From assembly GCA_963789265.1 (NCBI GenBank), contig CAWBKB010000007.1, positions 1 to 64,000 on the forward strand: a stretch of DNA of 64,000 nt, given 5' to 3'. Source of the stretch: an uncultured delta proteobacterium. GTDB taxonomy: Bacteria > Desulfobacterota > Desulfomonilia > Desulfomonilales > Desulfomonilaceae. Position numbers and translations under genes: made by a program. A model generated the notes under the pieces. It ran no database searches and was not told the DNA's origin. It saw only the letters and a list, made by a program, of their open reading frames with translations. Below, piece after piece: positions 19,465-29,697 of this stretch (its first letter is position 1; every line of letters starts with the position of its first letter).

Positions 19465-20925
19465 ATGCGTATCGACATCGGGGACCTTCACAAATGGTAT
19501 GGGGACGTGCATGCCAATCAGGGACTCAGTCTGTCGCTGAAGCCCGGCCGTATCTACGGATTGCTCGGGGAAAATGCCGCCGGCAAGAGCACCCTGATGC
19601 GAATCCTCGCCGGGTACACACGGCAGGATCGGGGTGAAATAGCTTTTGATGGGAGAACTGCCCTGCTACGGAGCCCGGCAGATGCCTTGGCTCTGGGCGT
19701 AGGAATGCTTCACCAGGACCCGCTGGACTTTCCCGCCCTGACTGTGTGGGAGAATTTCAGTCTTGGCGGGGTGAAGAGGAGAAAGAGAGCAACGGTGGCG
19801 CGCCTGCTTCAACTCGCGACTCGTTTTCACTTTGTCCTACCGCCGGATGCCTTGGTCAGCGAGCTTACTATTGGCGAGCGCCAGCAACTCGAATTGTTGC
19901 GCCTCCTGGACTTGGGAGTCAAGATCCTTATCCTGGACGAGCCGACCACCGGGATTTCTCTGACCCAGAAAGACATGCTGTTCACCGTCCTGCGAGAATT
20001 GGCTAAAGAAAAAGACCGTACGGTCATAGTAGTTACCCACATCTTGTCCGATGCGCTTGCCCACTGCGATGAAATCCTTGTCATGAAGCGAGGAAGGCTT
20101 GTAGGTCATTTGACTCCCCCCTTCGTATCCGAACAGATCGTGCGTCTCATGTTTGGAGACGATGCTTTGGCGGACGCGGCGCCTCGCCCCAAGCCGCACG
20201 TTACCGACGAGGTCTTCCTGTCTGTGGAGAACGCATCGATTACCGGTGAGAAGTTCGCTTTGACGGGCCTCAATCTTTCTGTGCGTGCCGGAGAAATCAT
20301 CAGCCTGGCCGGTCTTGAAGGCAATGGACAGGATCTGTTGCTGAGGGGCCTGGCCGGCTTGGCTCATATCAAGAGCGCCAAGTTATTATTCTGCGGCAAG
20401 GATTTGCAAGGTCTTCCATCCACTGCGTTCCGCCGGTCGGGAATTGCCTTTCTCCCCGCGGCGCGGCTTGAACAAGGGCTCTTCGCCGACTTGACGTTGG
20501 AAGAGCACCTTTGTCTGGCGGTCTCTGAAAGGATGAGCCGCGTTTCAGAGTCGTTTCAGCGCCTATGTGTGGAGCGTTTCAGTCTTCGTGCAGCGCCGTC
20601 CAGCATTGCGCGGACACTTTCCGGCGGGAATCAGCAACGCCTGCAGTTGGCACTGATCCCATACCACGCGCGGCTCTTGCTTTTGGAACACCCAACCCGC
20701 GGATTGGACGTCAATTCCGGCAAACAGGTATGGACATACCTCGAAGAGTGCTGTCGTCACGGCTCATCTGTGCTCTTTTCCTCGACGGATCTAGATGAAA
20801 TCCTGGCTCACAGCCATCGAGTGCTCGTGTTTCACGGCCGGCGGCTGTTCGCTGATGTGCCGACATCGTTGCTGGACCTTGAGACCTTGGCAGGCCTTAT
20901 GATCGGTCGCGAAAAGGCAGCTTAA
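19465..20925 (+). CDS. Sugar/nucleoside ABC transporter ATP-binding protein (two NBDs)
   Basis: GENAAGKST, LILDEPT, LSGGNQQ and LEHPTRGLD motifs. Confidence 0.9.
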   Translation: MRIDIGDLHKWYGDVHANQGLSLSLKPGRIYGLLGENAAGKSTLMRILAGYTRQDRGEIAFDGRTALLRSPADALALGVGMLHQDPLDFPALTVWENFSLGGVKRRKRATVARLLQLATRFHFVLPPDALVSELTIGERQQLELLRLLDLGVKILILDEPTTGISLTQKDMLFTVLRELAKEKDRTVIVVTHILSDALAHCDEILVMKRGRLVGHLTPPFVSEQIVRLMFGDDALADAAPRPKPHVTDEVFLSVENASITGEKFALTGLNLSVRAGEIISLAGLEGNGQDLLLRGLAGLAHIKSAKLLFCGKDLQGLPSTAFRRSGIAFLPAARLEQGLFADLTLEEHLCLAVSERMSRVSESFQRLCVERFSLRAAPSSIARTLSGGNQQRLQLALIPYHARLLLLEHPTRGLDVNSGKQVWTYLEECCRHGSSVLFSSTDLDEILAHSHRVLVFHGRRLFADVPTSLLDLETLAGLMIGREKAA

Positions 20926-20928
20926 CAA

Positions 20929-21979
20929 ATGGGTTCAATGTTGGAGACGACAGGCCCCATGCTTCGATTCGTGACGGCATTGCTGCTGGCCTGTATATTC
21001 ACTATGTTGGTCATTGCCTGTTCCGGCGCGCCGCCGTTGCAAACTTTGGCCTTGGTTTTGGAAGGTGGGGCGGGTTCGGCCGGCAAACTGGCCCAATCGT
21101 TGTCCGTGTGGGTTCCCCTGGTGATTTGTTCTTCCGCTCTCTTGCTCACCTTTGCCTGCGGCTTGTGGAATATCGGCGTCGAGGGACAAATTGTGCTGGG
21201 CGCGGTCTTCGCGGCCGGCTTCTTTCGGTTTACAGGAGGGAGTGGCGGGCTGCCAACGATTGTGTTGGGACTGGTCGCCGGCATGATCGGCGGTGCATTG
21301 TGGGCGTCTCTTTCCGGGGTTTTCGCGCGTGTGGGGACGTGTCCACGAGATATTCTCAGGTCTAGGGTTGAATTTCGTGGCTATGAGCCTGTGCCTCTGG
21401 CTCATATTCGGCCCGTGGAAACGGCCGGGAATTGCTTCCATGAGCGGCACGGAACTCATCCCGGAATCGCTGTGGCTGCGTCAACTAGACAAGTTGCCGC
21501 TCTGCCCGGTGAGTCTGACACTGGCAGCGGTTGTATTCCTCGCTGTGTTTGTGCTCATGAACTACACACGCTGGGGTCTCATCCTTAGGGCTGTGGGGCA
21601 GAATTCTCAGGCCGCGGACATTATGGCACTCAGCCCGCACAGGCGTCAGCTAGAGGCCATGATCTGCGCAGGTGGTCTGGCCGGATTAGCTGGGGCGCTT
21701 CAGGTGGTGGGGCTGTATCACCGATTGCTTCCTGCAATTTCGAGCGGCTACGGGTACACCTCTTTGCTAGTCGCCATGATGGCCTCTTTCCACGGTGCGC
21801 TTGTGCCCCCTATATGTCTAGGTTTCGCTGTCCTGAACGTGGGATCCATCCAGCTTCCGCTGCGGATGAGCCTGGATTCGTCCCTCGGCGGCGTTATTCA
21901 GGGTGCTCTGGTGCTCTCCGTGCTGCTCGTACAGGGTTTGGAAGCGAGGATTCGCATGCAACATCGCGGCCGACGGTAG
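20929..21979 (+). pseudogene. Nucleoside-type ABC permease split by a 1-bp insertion near 21324
   Basis: WNIGVEGQ in frame 1; removing one base restores SGVLRVWGRVHEIFSGLGLNF in frame 2. Confidence 0.8.
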
Positions 21980-22083
21980 GATGACCGACCCGACGTACCG
22001 CACGTTCCCTGCTCAGCCACCAGGGATGACGAGAACTTATTACTCTTTTTTTCGCAAATACTGTCTCGTATTCTCGATCAATA

Positions 22084-22175
22084 CCCGTCATTCCGGCGTA
22101 CGCGGGAATCCAGTAGGACCGGCCTCGGTGCCGGTTGTTCGCGAAACGCCGGCAGGGACGCCGGCGCTACCGTAC
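22084..22175. repeat. REP cluster inside the ABC operon (CGTCATTCCGGCG and GCCGGCAGGGACGCCGGCGCTAC types)
   Basis: cgtcattccggcgtacgcgggaatcc; gtaggaccggcctcggtgccggt ... gccggcagggacgccggcgctac. Confidence 0.6.
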
Positions 22176-22225
22176 AATTGGCACCGCATCTTTGAGAACC
22201 TGTAGTTAGGGGCGATGCAAAGGTA

Positions 22226-23209
22226 ATGGATTTCTTTTCGCTCACGGTGACGAACATTCTCGCTTCGGGAACTCCGTTGGTGCTGGCAAGTCTGGGAGAA
22301 ACGTTCTCGGAGAGGGCAGGAGTCATCAATCTGTCCATGGATGGCACTATCCTGCTTTCCGCAATGACAGCCTTTGCTGCGGCGAGCTTTTCCGGAAGTC
22401 CGTGGGCGGGATTGCTCGCGGGCTCGGTAACCGGGATGGCCACCGCGCTGATTCTGGCCACGGTAAGCCTGATGCTGGCGCGTTCTCAGTTGGCCGTCGG
22501 GTTCACTCTAACGCTTCTGTGTCGGGATCTCGCCTACTTCCTGGGCCAACCGTATGCTAGGCAACCGGGGCCGGAGTTCTCGGTGTGGCATATTCCCGGA
22601 CTTTCACGGTTGCCCGCCATAGGATCTATCCTCGGTGGTCATACTCCGGTCGTCTATCTCAGCATGATTCTCATTGCCTTGTCGTGGTGGTGGCTTTATC
22701 ACACGAGGGCCGGCGTAAAACTCCGGGCCGTGGGAGAGTCCTCTGAGGCGGCGTTTGGTAGGGGGCTCAACGTAATAAGTTACCGGATCGGATACGCCGT
22801 GCTTGGGGGCAGCCTCGTGGGCATGGCGGGCGCGGCGTTTTCGCTGGCAATAAAGCCGGGCTGGGGATGCCCCCAGGGAGCGGAAGGCTCAGGGTGGATC
22901 GCCTTGGCCATTGTCATCTTCGGGGGCTGGGATCCCTTGCGGGTGGCCTTTGGAGCCTACTTTTTCTCTACGCTTCAGGTAGTGGGAATTCATCTTCAGG
23001 ATATGCTCCCGGGCGTGCCTGCCCAAGTGTTCCAGACTGCTCCGTTTCCCATGATGATCCTGACTTTGTTGGCCGTGAATTTGGGCCGGTTTACGTGGAT
23101 GCGTGATTCCGCCGAGTCACACCCGGCGTTAAGAAGGGTGTTGAAATACCTCGACGTGAGGCCTCCGGCAGGTTTGGGAAAGGATTTTGATCCCAGAGAG
23201 ACTTTCTGA
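22226..23209 (+). CDS. Nucleoside-type ABC permease
   Basis: TPLVLASLGETFSERAGVINL, LRAVGE and GWIALAIVIFGGW motifs. Confidence 0.9.
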   Translation: MDFFSLTVTNILASGTPLVLASLGETFSERAGVINLSMDGTILLSAMTAFAAASFSGSPWAGLLAGSVTGMATALILATVSLMLARSQLAVGFTLTLLCRDLAYFLGQPYARQPGPEFSVWHIPGLSRLPAIGSILGGHTPVVYLSMILIALSWWWLYHTRAGVKLRAVGESSEAAFGRGLNVISYRIGYAVLGGSLVGMAGAAFSLAIKPGWGCPQGAEGSGWIALAIVIFGGWDPLRVAFGAYFFSTLQVVGIHLQDMLPGVPAQVFQTAPFPMMILTLLAVNLGRFTWMRDSAESHPALRRVLKYLDVRPPAGLGKDFDPRETF

Positions 23210-23223
23210 AATCGAGTCAAGAC

Positions 23224-23434
23224 CGTAATCGTTCATTTGCGCGGGGGAATTGTCGAAGCCCTGTCATTGCGAGGAGCAAATAGTGGGACAGGCATCTTGC
23301 CTGTCTATTACGGATGACGGGCAGGATGCCCGTCCTACTGGCAATCTGAGCGGGGTTTAAAGGAAGGGATTGCTTTCCCGCGGGACGTGGGACTCGCAAT
23401 GACAATCTTTCACGCTCGTAATTGAATGATTACA
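23224..23434. mobile_element. Gene-less TIR mini-element (GIY-YIG element family) with nested REPs
   Basis: Left cgtaatcgttcatttgcg, right cgtaattgaatgattaca; flanks caagac/tgagac; interior gtcattgcgag...ctcgcaatgac. Confidence 0.6.
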
Positions 23435-23681
23435 TGAGACCGCTGGTTACTCGATTCAAATAATCGGAGTCTGAGTTCATGCCGGCCTTCTGTTAAGATG
23501 TAGCAAAAGTTTCGCTTCGGCACAAAAAAAGGCTGGCTTTCTTCTGACCTTTCATCAAGAATAGTACAACAGTTTTGAATAGACAAGTCGTCAGTGGATG
23601 AGACGGGGATGACCGCTCGCCTAGGCATCCGAACCGCGAGTTACAAGTCCGCGAGAATCATGAGCTAATGCGGAGTTAGTT

Positions 23682-24359
23682 GTGAACGCCGAGGTGACAA
23701 AGGATAAGATAGCAAATGCTCTTGTAAAGACTTTTGAAGTTCTCTCGTTCGATCCTCAGAAGATATATAATAAAGCCAATAATCACACTGTGTCGGAATG
23801 GCGTCTCAAACAAGAGGGATTGGCGGGCGCGGCCGGGACCGGGGCTGCAATCATACCGGGGCTCCACTTACTCGCCTTGGGTGCAGACATAGGATATCTG
23901 ATCAATCGCATGGACGAATGTTGCTATGGGATAGGTGCGATTGTAGGGATGCAAAGCGGGGTCGGCAACATCCTTGAAAAAGAAGATCTTGCCAATATTT
24001 TGGCGCTGTGGTGCAACGCTATTACCATGGCGCAACTGGACAGGGTACAGTATGAAAACAGGGAAAGTAAGCTTGGCACTAAGCTTACGCAGCCGGCCTT
24101 GGGCAAAGTAGGAGCGGTATCCCTCGGTGTACTCGGGGCGACGAGCAACAGGCTCACTTTGAAGGTCGCGACCAAGATTGCAGCCAAATTCGGCGCCAAA
24201 ATCACCACCAAGGCTGCGGCCGGGTTCATACCATTAGCGGGGGCACTGGCGTCCGGCGGAATTAACGTCTGGCTGGTATCGAGCGTTTCCAATGCGGCAG
24301 AGAAATACTACTCGTGGAAGGCGGGATGTTTTTGGGACTGTGACCTGTCAAGACGTTGA
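23682..24359 (+). CDS. EcsC-like hypothetical protein
   Basis: GAAGTGAAIIPG...ADI and KAAAGFIPLAGALASGGIN resemble the EcsC/DUF697 glycine-rich helices. Confidence 0.6.
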   Translation: MNAEVTKDKIANALVKTFEVLSFDPQKIYNKANNHTVSEWRLKQEGLAGAAGTGAAIIPGLHLLALGADIGYLINRMDECCYGIGAIVGMQSGVGNILEKEDLANILALWCNAITMAQLDRVQYENRESKLGTKLTQPALGKVGAVSLGVLGATSNRLTLKVATKIAAKFGAKITTKAAAGFIPLAGALASGGINVWLVSSVSNAAEKYYSWKAGCFWDCDLSRR

Positions 24360-24423
24360 ACCGTCAAATGCGAAGACAGGACCCGGAGAAATCCCGCGAC
24401 TGCGGCGGTTAAGTTGTGGTGAA

Positions 24424-24465
24424 AAGTAAATGCTCCACCGCCCGAATGGAGGCGGAGCATTTACT
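24424..24465. terminator. Hairpin between convergent genes
   Basis: agtaaatgctcc ... ggagcatttact inverted repeat. Confidence 0.5.
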
Positions 24466-26416
24466 CGGACCGAGTATGAGCAGATTCATCGGCATGGCCA
24501 TATAGTTCCGGGTAAAGCTTCTTGACGCACTCGGGACAGATGCTGTGGGTGAACTCTGCTTCGGAATGGTCTCTTATGTATGCTTCTATTTGCTCCCAGT
24601 AGCCCTTATCGTTCCTAATTTTCTTGCAAGACGAGCAAATCGGAAGCATTCCGCCCAACAGCTTCACGTTAGCCAGCGCTTCCTGAAGCTGCGCGACCAA
24701 CCTCTCCTGCTCTTCTTCAAATTGCTTGCGCTGTGTAATGTCCCGGAGGGATACACGCCTTCCCAGTGGGGTACCGTTATCTCCGTAAACAGCTTGGCAT
24801 ACGTGGTTGAGCCATCGGATCTCGCCGTCGGATCGAATAATCCGAAAGTCAATAGAATGCGCAACCGGCTCAGCCTCGGTCACATCTCTTTTAGTATGGT
24901 CCGCCACGAGGCCACGATCGTCTGCATGGATTATGTTGTCAAGCAGGCCTGAATTCTTCAGGAATTCCTCGGAAGAATATCCTGCGACCCGCTCGCACGA
25001 AGGTGACATGTATAACAACCGCTTTTCCGGGCCGATCCAATATTCGCAGTCGTATGTGAAGTCCGCCACAATGCGGTAGCGTTCTTCGCTGGCGCGGAGG
25101 GCCTCCTCAGCCTGTTTGCGTTCTGTGACGTCGTTGATCACGGAGAACAATAGTGTCCTTCCACCGACAGAGATCGGGCCGGAGCATGCTTCAACATCTC
25201 TGACTTCACCGTTAGCCAGTCTGTGGCGGAACTGAAAGAATCGGGTCTGTTTAGCTCTGGCAGCCTGCATGTCTTCAAATACCTGTTCCGCGCTAAGGTT
25301 ATTGATTTCGCTGATCTTCATTTGCGTGAGGACTTCGCGGGAGTAGCCGTAGAAATCACAGGCGCCGGGACTGGCATCCTCTATTCGCGCGGTATCCGGG
25401 TCAATGATGAGCATTACCGCGTGATGATTCTGAAACATGGCTCTGAAACGCTCTTCGCTCTCGCGAAGGGCCTCGTTTGCTCTATCGATGCTATCGCCAA
25501 CTCGTGACGACGCCTTCGAAGTCGCCACCACAGCTATGATGCTGATAACGCCCGCAAGGACGGCTGTCAGTAGCACTTCATTCATTTTCACTAAAAGGGG
25601 CGCAACTGCGCGGACAATTCCCGGTAAGAGCACTGCGAAGAAAACAAGCGGCACGAACGTTGACACAAGGCCGCGGTAAATTGGGGAACCTCGGAAATAA
25701 CGATGGGGAATGTCATCGGGTTTGAGCCGACCCATCACCCCAAAGCCAAGGAGCAGAAAAGCGAGAGCTGTAGTAGCCGCCACTGGGATGATATTTCTCC
25801 CATAGAGGAACGGCGCGCCGTAAAGATACCCGAGCAGGATGGTGAAGCCGGAGAACGCCGTGGCCGTGCCCAGCAAACCGCTCAGGTGTCCCCAAGAGTG
25901 ACGTCCCGCAGGCACCGTCGAGCGAATCAGACCGAAAAGCATCGCTGCGCTCGACAAAACAAATAATCCGGCCGTCACGGGTGACATTCTGGCTACCGGA
26001 ACCCCCTTCAAGAGCTCCGGTTGAGCGTATATGAATTCTTCGACTTCCAGCGCTCTCTGGTGCCAAAATGGTACAAGCTCCAATGCACCAAAAGTCATGA
26101 CTACAAGAATCCCGCATACACAAGCCACTACACGAATCCTGCTCGAAACTTCATCTGGCTGAAAAAAACCGCTCAACGCGAGCACGATGAAGCAGGTGGC
26201 TGTGCTAGGGGCCATAGGTATGTAGTAAGAGAGGAAGCTTGCCAGCAGCCGCCATCCTAAAACCCAGCCTACCAGCGCAAGGCCGGCCAGGACAATCACG
26301 CCTAGAAAAGATATCAACCACAGTCTCTTCACAGCAGGCGACTCGCTTTTGAGCTTAGCATTGTTGACAACCTCGCTTTGCATAGTCCCGGAAGTTATGC
26401 TCCATGCTCGACCCAA
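24461..26416 (-). CDS. Multi-TM, double-PAS sensor ending in a Cys/His-rich domain; no kinase domain
   Basis: About 8 TM helices (RMSPVTA motif), two PAS/PAC domains, C-terminal LPICSSCKKIR...HSICPEC. Start uncertain. Confidence 0.85.
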   Translation of the reverse strand: MGRAWSITSGTMQSEVVNNAKLKSESPAVKRLWLISFLGVIVLAGLALVGWVLGWRLLASFLSYYIPMAPSTATCFIVLALSGFFQPDEVSSRIRVVACVCGILVVMTFGALELVPFWHQRALEVEEFIYAQPELLKGVPVARMSPVTAGLFVLSSAAMLFGLIRSTVPAGRHSWGHLSGLLGTATAFSGFTILLGYLYGAPFLYGRNIIPVAATTALAFLLLGFGVMGRLKPDDIPHRYFRGSPIYRGLVSTFVPLVFFAVLLPGIVRAVAPLLVKMNEVLLTAVLAGVISIIAVVATSKASSRVGDSIDRANEALRESEERFRAMFQNHHAVMLIIDPDTARIEDASPGACDFYGYSREVLTQMKISEINNLSAEQVFEDMQAARAKQTRFFQFRHRLANGEVRDVEACSGPISVGGRTLLFSVINDVTERKQAEEALRASEERYRIVADFTYDCEYWIGPEKRLLYMSPSCERVAGYSSEEFLKNSGLLDNIIHADDRGLVADHTKRDVTEAEPVAHSIDFRIIRSDGEIRWLNHVCQAVYGDNGTPLGRRVSLRDITQRKQFEEEQERLVAQLQEALANVKLLGGMLPICSSCKKIRNDKGYWEQIEAYIRDHSEAEFTHSICPECVKKLYPELYGHADESAHTRSE

Positions 26417-27009
26417 GGGGTTTTGCTCGGACCTTTCTGAATACTTGTCTCAGTTGGCCTCACGAGACCCGCTGCCGGCAGGCCAGTTATAAGATTAGTC
26501 AAAAGAACCGCTCTCTGCCTTGTCCTAAGGATATCTTAATCATGCCTCCCGGTCAATCCGGGAGCATGCAGCGGCCTTACCTATTCCGGTGCACACCGAA
26601 AGATGCGTTTTGCAGCAGGAGGATCGCCGCACAAGTCGGGCTCCATGACTTCAAAGTGAGCAGGAGTGTATGTCCCGAAAAGAAAAGGCAAAAAAACAAG
26701 ACCCAACCCCAGCATCTCTTACCCGAAAATACTCATGCATTAATCTCGGATACGGCGGAACGACCGTACAGAATTTCGAGGACTCGGGATTAACTTTTGA
26801 ATTCATATACTTGAATGAATAAACTTGAGATTTTAACGTAATTCCTACTACTTGCTTCTAGTGCATCGACAGAAAGCTTTTGCTTGACGCGCGCGATGCG
26901 TGGAGATAACAAGGCGTCATGCCGCGTGTACGCAATAAAAAAGCAAAACCGCCATGCGATGCGCGGCGGCTCTGTGTACAGAAAATTCCTATTGTGGGAG
27001 GTAGCTATC

Positions 27010-27891
27010 GTGGCAAAAAAATCGGGATTTACCCCGCAGCCCCCGAAACAACTTTGTGAGCTGAAAGTGTCACAAGAGGAAGCAAGAACTGGTCTGCAAG
27101 ATCGGATTGAAGAAGGCATTGAACTGACAAAACGGCAAATCGCGTCGCTCCAGGAATTCGACGCTCTAGAGCACGATTACGAAAAATGGGATTCTTTTAA
27201 CACAGAACTATTGAAAAGACTGTTTACTTCAGACGAAATGGCGAACGAATACGCCTGGTGGGGTATGGTTGTACACCCTCGTGAACAGTCGTTAAGAGAA
27301 AAAGTTACCGACCTTTTCGCGAACATAAATGATAAAATCCACCGTCTGGATTCTATTATCGAGCGCCTCGAACTCATACCCGTGAATTCCAGCCTTAAAC
27401 ACCTTACGGTTTCGCGCAGGGATTTGAAGCTACAACAGCGTTCAAAGAGGGTTTTCGTCGTACATGGTCGCGACGAAGTCGCTAAGGCTAATCTTGAAGT
27501 CTTCTTGCAAGAAATTGGTCTTGAGCCGATCGTTCTTCATCGGCAAGCTGACGAAGGACTCACAATCATCGAAAAGTTCGAAAAGCACAGCGATGTAGGC
27601 TATGCGTTTATCCTCCTCACACCGGATGAGATTGCCTACTTGGCATCTGAAGAAGGCAAATCTGATGCTGAACGCCATAAGGAATTCCGTGCAAGGTCAA
27701 ATGTGATCTTTGAGTTTGGTTATTTTGTGGGCAAGCTCGGTCGTTCTAGTGTGTGCTGTTTGTATACAGGCAACGTAACCTTACCAAGCGATGTGAGTGG
27801 CATGATCTACAAGAAGTATGACAAGAACATCGGAGAGGTCGCTTACAATATAACCAAAGATCTCAAAGCTGCGGGATACGCTATTAGATAA
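27010..27891 (+). CDS. Predicted nucleotide-binding protein with TIR-like domain (CAP12/Pycsar TIR-like family)
   Basis: VFVVHGRD, EPIVLH, TIIEKFE, AFILLTPDE, RARSNVIFEFGYF and LPSD motifs; GGAGGT RBS before GTG 27010. Confidence 0.88.
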   Translation: MAKKSGFTPQPPKQLCELKVSQEEARTGLQDRIEEGIELTKRQIASLQEFDALEHDYEKWDSFNTELLKRLFTSDEMANEYAWWGMVVHPREQSLREKVTDLFANINDKIHRLDSIIERLELIPVNSSLKHLTVSRRDLKLQQRSKRVFVVHGRDEVAKANLEVFLQEIGLEPIVLHRQADEGLTIIEKFEKHSDVGYAFILLTPDEIAYLASEEGKSDAERHKEFRARSNVIFEFGYFVGKLGRSSVCCLYTGNVTLPSDVSGMIYKKYDKNIGEVAYNITKDLKAAGYAIR

Positions 27892-27962
27892 ACCTTATTC
27901 AAGGTAGATCAGAGCCAATTCACCTTCGCGTCATTGGTCCACTGCTCCACCTCACATGAAGT

Positions 27963-28121
<159 letters not shown>

Positions 28122-28251
28122 GGGATACCACACCCTTTTTACCCACTATGACCTGTTGATACTGAGACAGCCCTTCGTTAATCATTCTAAAGGGCTGTCT
28201 TTGTTTTGTCAAATACAGATTGATATAGAATGACACCGCTGTTAGCCCCCA

Positions 28252-28297
28252 ATATGGACACCTGTGGACACCTATATGGACACCTATATGGACACCT
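28252..28297. repeat. Four tandem TGGACACCT repeats, putative integrase arm-type sites
   Basis: atatggacacc tgtggacacc tatatggacacc tatatggacacc t, about 130 bp from the att core. Confidence 0.65.
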
Positions 28298-28363
28298 AAA
28301 GACTAACACAAAAAAGACGTGAGCCGAACTTTTTTGCAGTGTTGGGCGAATGGAATTCTGGAT

Positions 28364-29608
28364 TCATTTGCCTTTTTTTTCTGTCTTCCGAAGTAGATCG
28401 TGGGTCTTTAGAAATTCCTCCATTTCATGATGTCTGTTGAAGTTGGCCGCCCACTCTTCTTCCGGACCGACCGTCGCCCCATGATCTATCAGCACGGCTG
28501 CCATATTCAAGTCTCCTCTTGCTGCGGCCAAACTGAGAGGGGAACGGCCAAAAACCTTCGTAGATAAGAATTTGGTATCTGCACGCTCGTTAGGATCGGC
28601 ACCTTCTTCCAATAGGAACCGGGCAACCCCAATGTTTCCCGTGCTGCAAGCTAACCACAGTGGGGTCACAAGACCTCGCCCCCATTCCATGTTGAGGTCT
28701 ACTCCCTCGGATTTGAGTTCGCGCAGCTTCTCCAGGTCATTTCCTTTTATCGCTTTGGCTATGGCCAGAAGCCTTTGCTCCCTCTTTTCCCAAAGCGGAC
28801 GCACTGTTTCAAGATGCTTTGAAACGGAAAATGGACAAATGTCATCCCATTCTGATGGGGAATAGCGGCCTCCAGAAAAATCGGGGGAGACGGACGGTGC
28901 ATTATACAAGGATATTTTACCGCTCTGCGCCTCTTTTATAAGGAGGTGTATGAGAGCCGGAGAGAATAGTTGTTCTCGGAAAGGTTTGTCTTCAAAGCTG
29001 GGATGGAGTATTCTCGCACTCACACAGGCACAATAGATCTTCTTTGGATTCTCATTGCCTCTCATGACCGGTGTTGGTGTCCCTTCAGCTACTTCTATAA
29101 TGCGTATATCCTGGAATTGCACGGGACTCTCGAACTCTCTCATCAATTGCGTTATGATTTGGGAACTTAAGGGCGTTGTTTCAACTTGTGATTTCGATTG
29201 GCCAGAGAGATGGTTTGTCTTGCCCATTTCCTGGGGTTTAATCCCATCAGTTCCTCTCATAAAAACGAACAAGATTAGGACTGCCCCTATTGCACAGCCG
29301 AGAGCAGCAAAGGGATGCTTCCTCAGAACAGTCTTAACCCTGTCCAAAGCGGGAACCGCCGCCTTGTAGATTCTTCCTAGGGTTTCCTGGAAGACTTTTC
29401 GCCCACTTGAATGACTCCCCGCTTGTTTCTTCTGCTCATTAATTTCTTCGGCCTGCTTCCGCTTCAACAATCCCGCATCCACAAGCTTCTTGAAAAGGCT
29501 TTGCAGACCCTTTTCCGAAAGGTGGTACTTCTCCATCAGGCCGGCATTAGTCATGCCTGACTTGATGTCTACAAGGATTTCCTTTGCGTTGACGGTTTTC
29601 TTGTCCAT
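28364..29608 (-). CDS. Lineage-type N-terminal domain, TM helix and C-terminal ankyrin repeats
   Basis: MDKKTVNAKEILVDIKSGM...; TPLWLACSTGN...LLEEGADPN and SPLSLAAARGD...LIDHGA. Confidence 0.8.
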   Translation of the reverse strand: MDKKTVNAKEILVDIKSGMTNAGLMEKYHLSEKGLQSLFKKLVDAGLLKRKQAEEINEQKKQAGSHSSGRKVFQETLGRIYKAAVPALDRVKTVLRKHPFAALGCAIGAVLILFVFMRGTDGIKPQEMGKTNHLSGQSKSQVETTPLSSQIITQLMREFESPVQFQDIRIIEVAEGTPTPVMRGNENPKKIYCACVSARILHPSFEDKPFREQLFSPALIHLLIKEAQSGKISLYNAPSVSPDFSGGRYSPSEWDDICPFSVSKHLETVRPLWEKREQRLLAIAKAIKGNDLEKLRELKSEGVDLNMEWGRGLVTPLWLACSTGNIGVARFLLEEGADPNERADTKFLSTKVFGRSPLSLAAARGDLNMAAVLIDHGATVGPEEEWAANFNRHHEMEEFLKTHDLLRKTEKKGK

Positions 29609-29697
29609 AGGAGCCCCCTGTGGAGAGAGATCAGGAAGGCATGATATCATAGCGCATTGTCAAATGGGGGGAAATTCGGCATGTGCCAGTCTGAAAT

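Noticed and set aside
23640..24420. Integron cassette around the EcsC-like gene
   Set aside because: The GTTAG upstream is not matched by a valid RYYYAAC...GTTRRRY attC, and there is no integron integrase.
28252..28297. Mini-CRISPR array
   Set aside because: Repeats are 9-12 bp with no spacers, and there are no cas genes.
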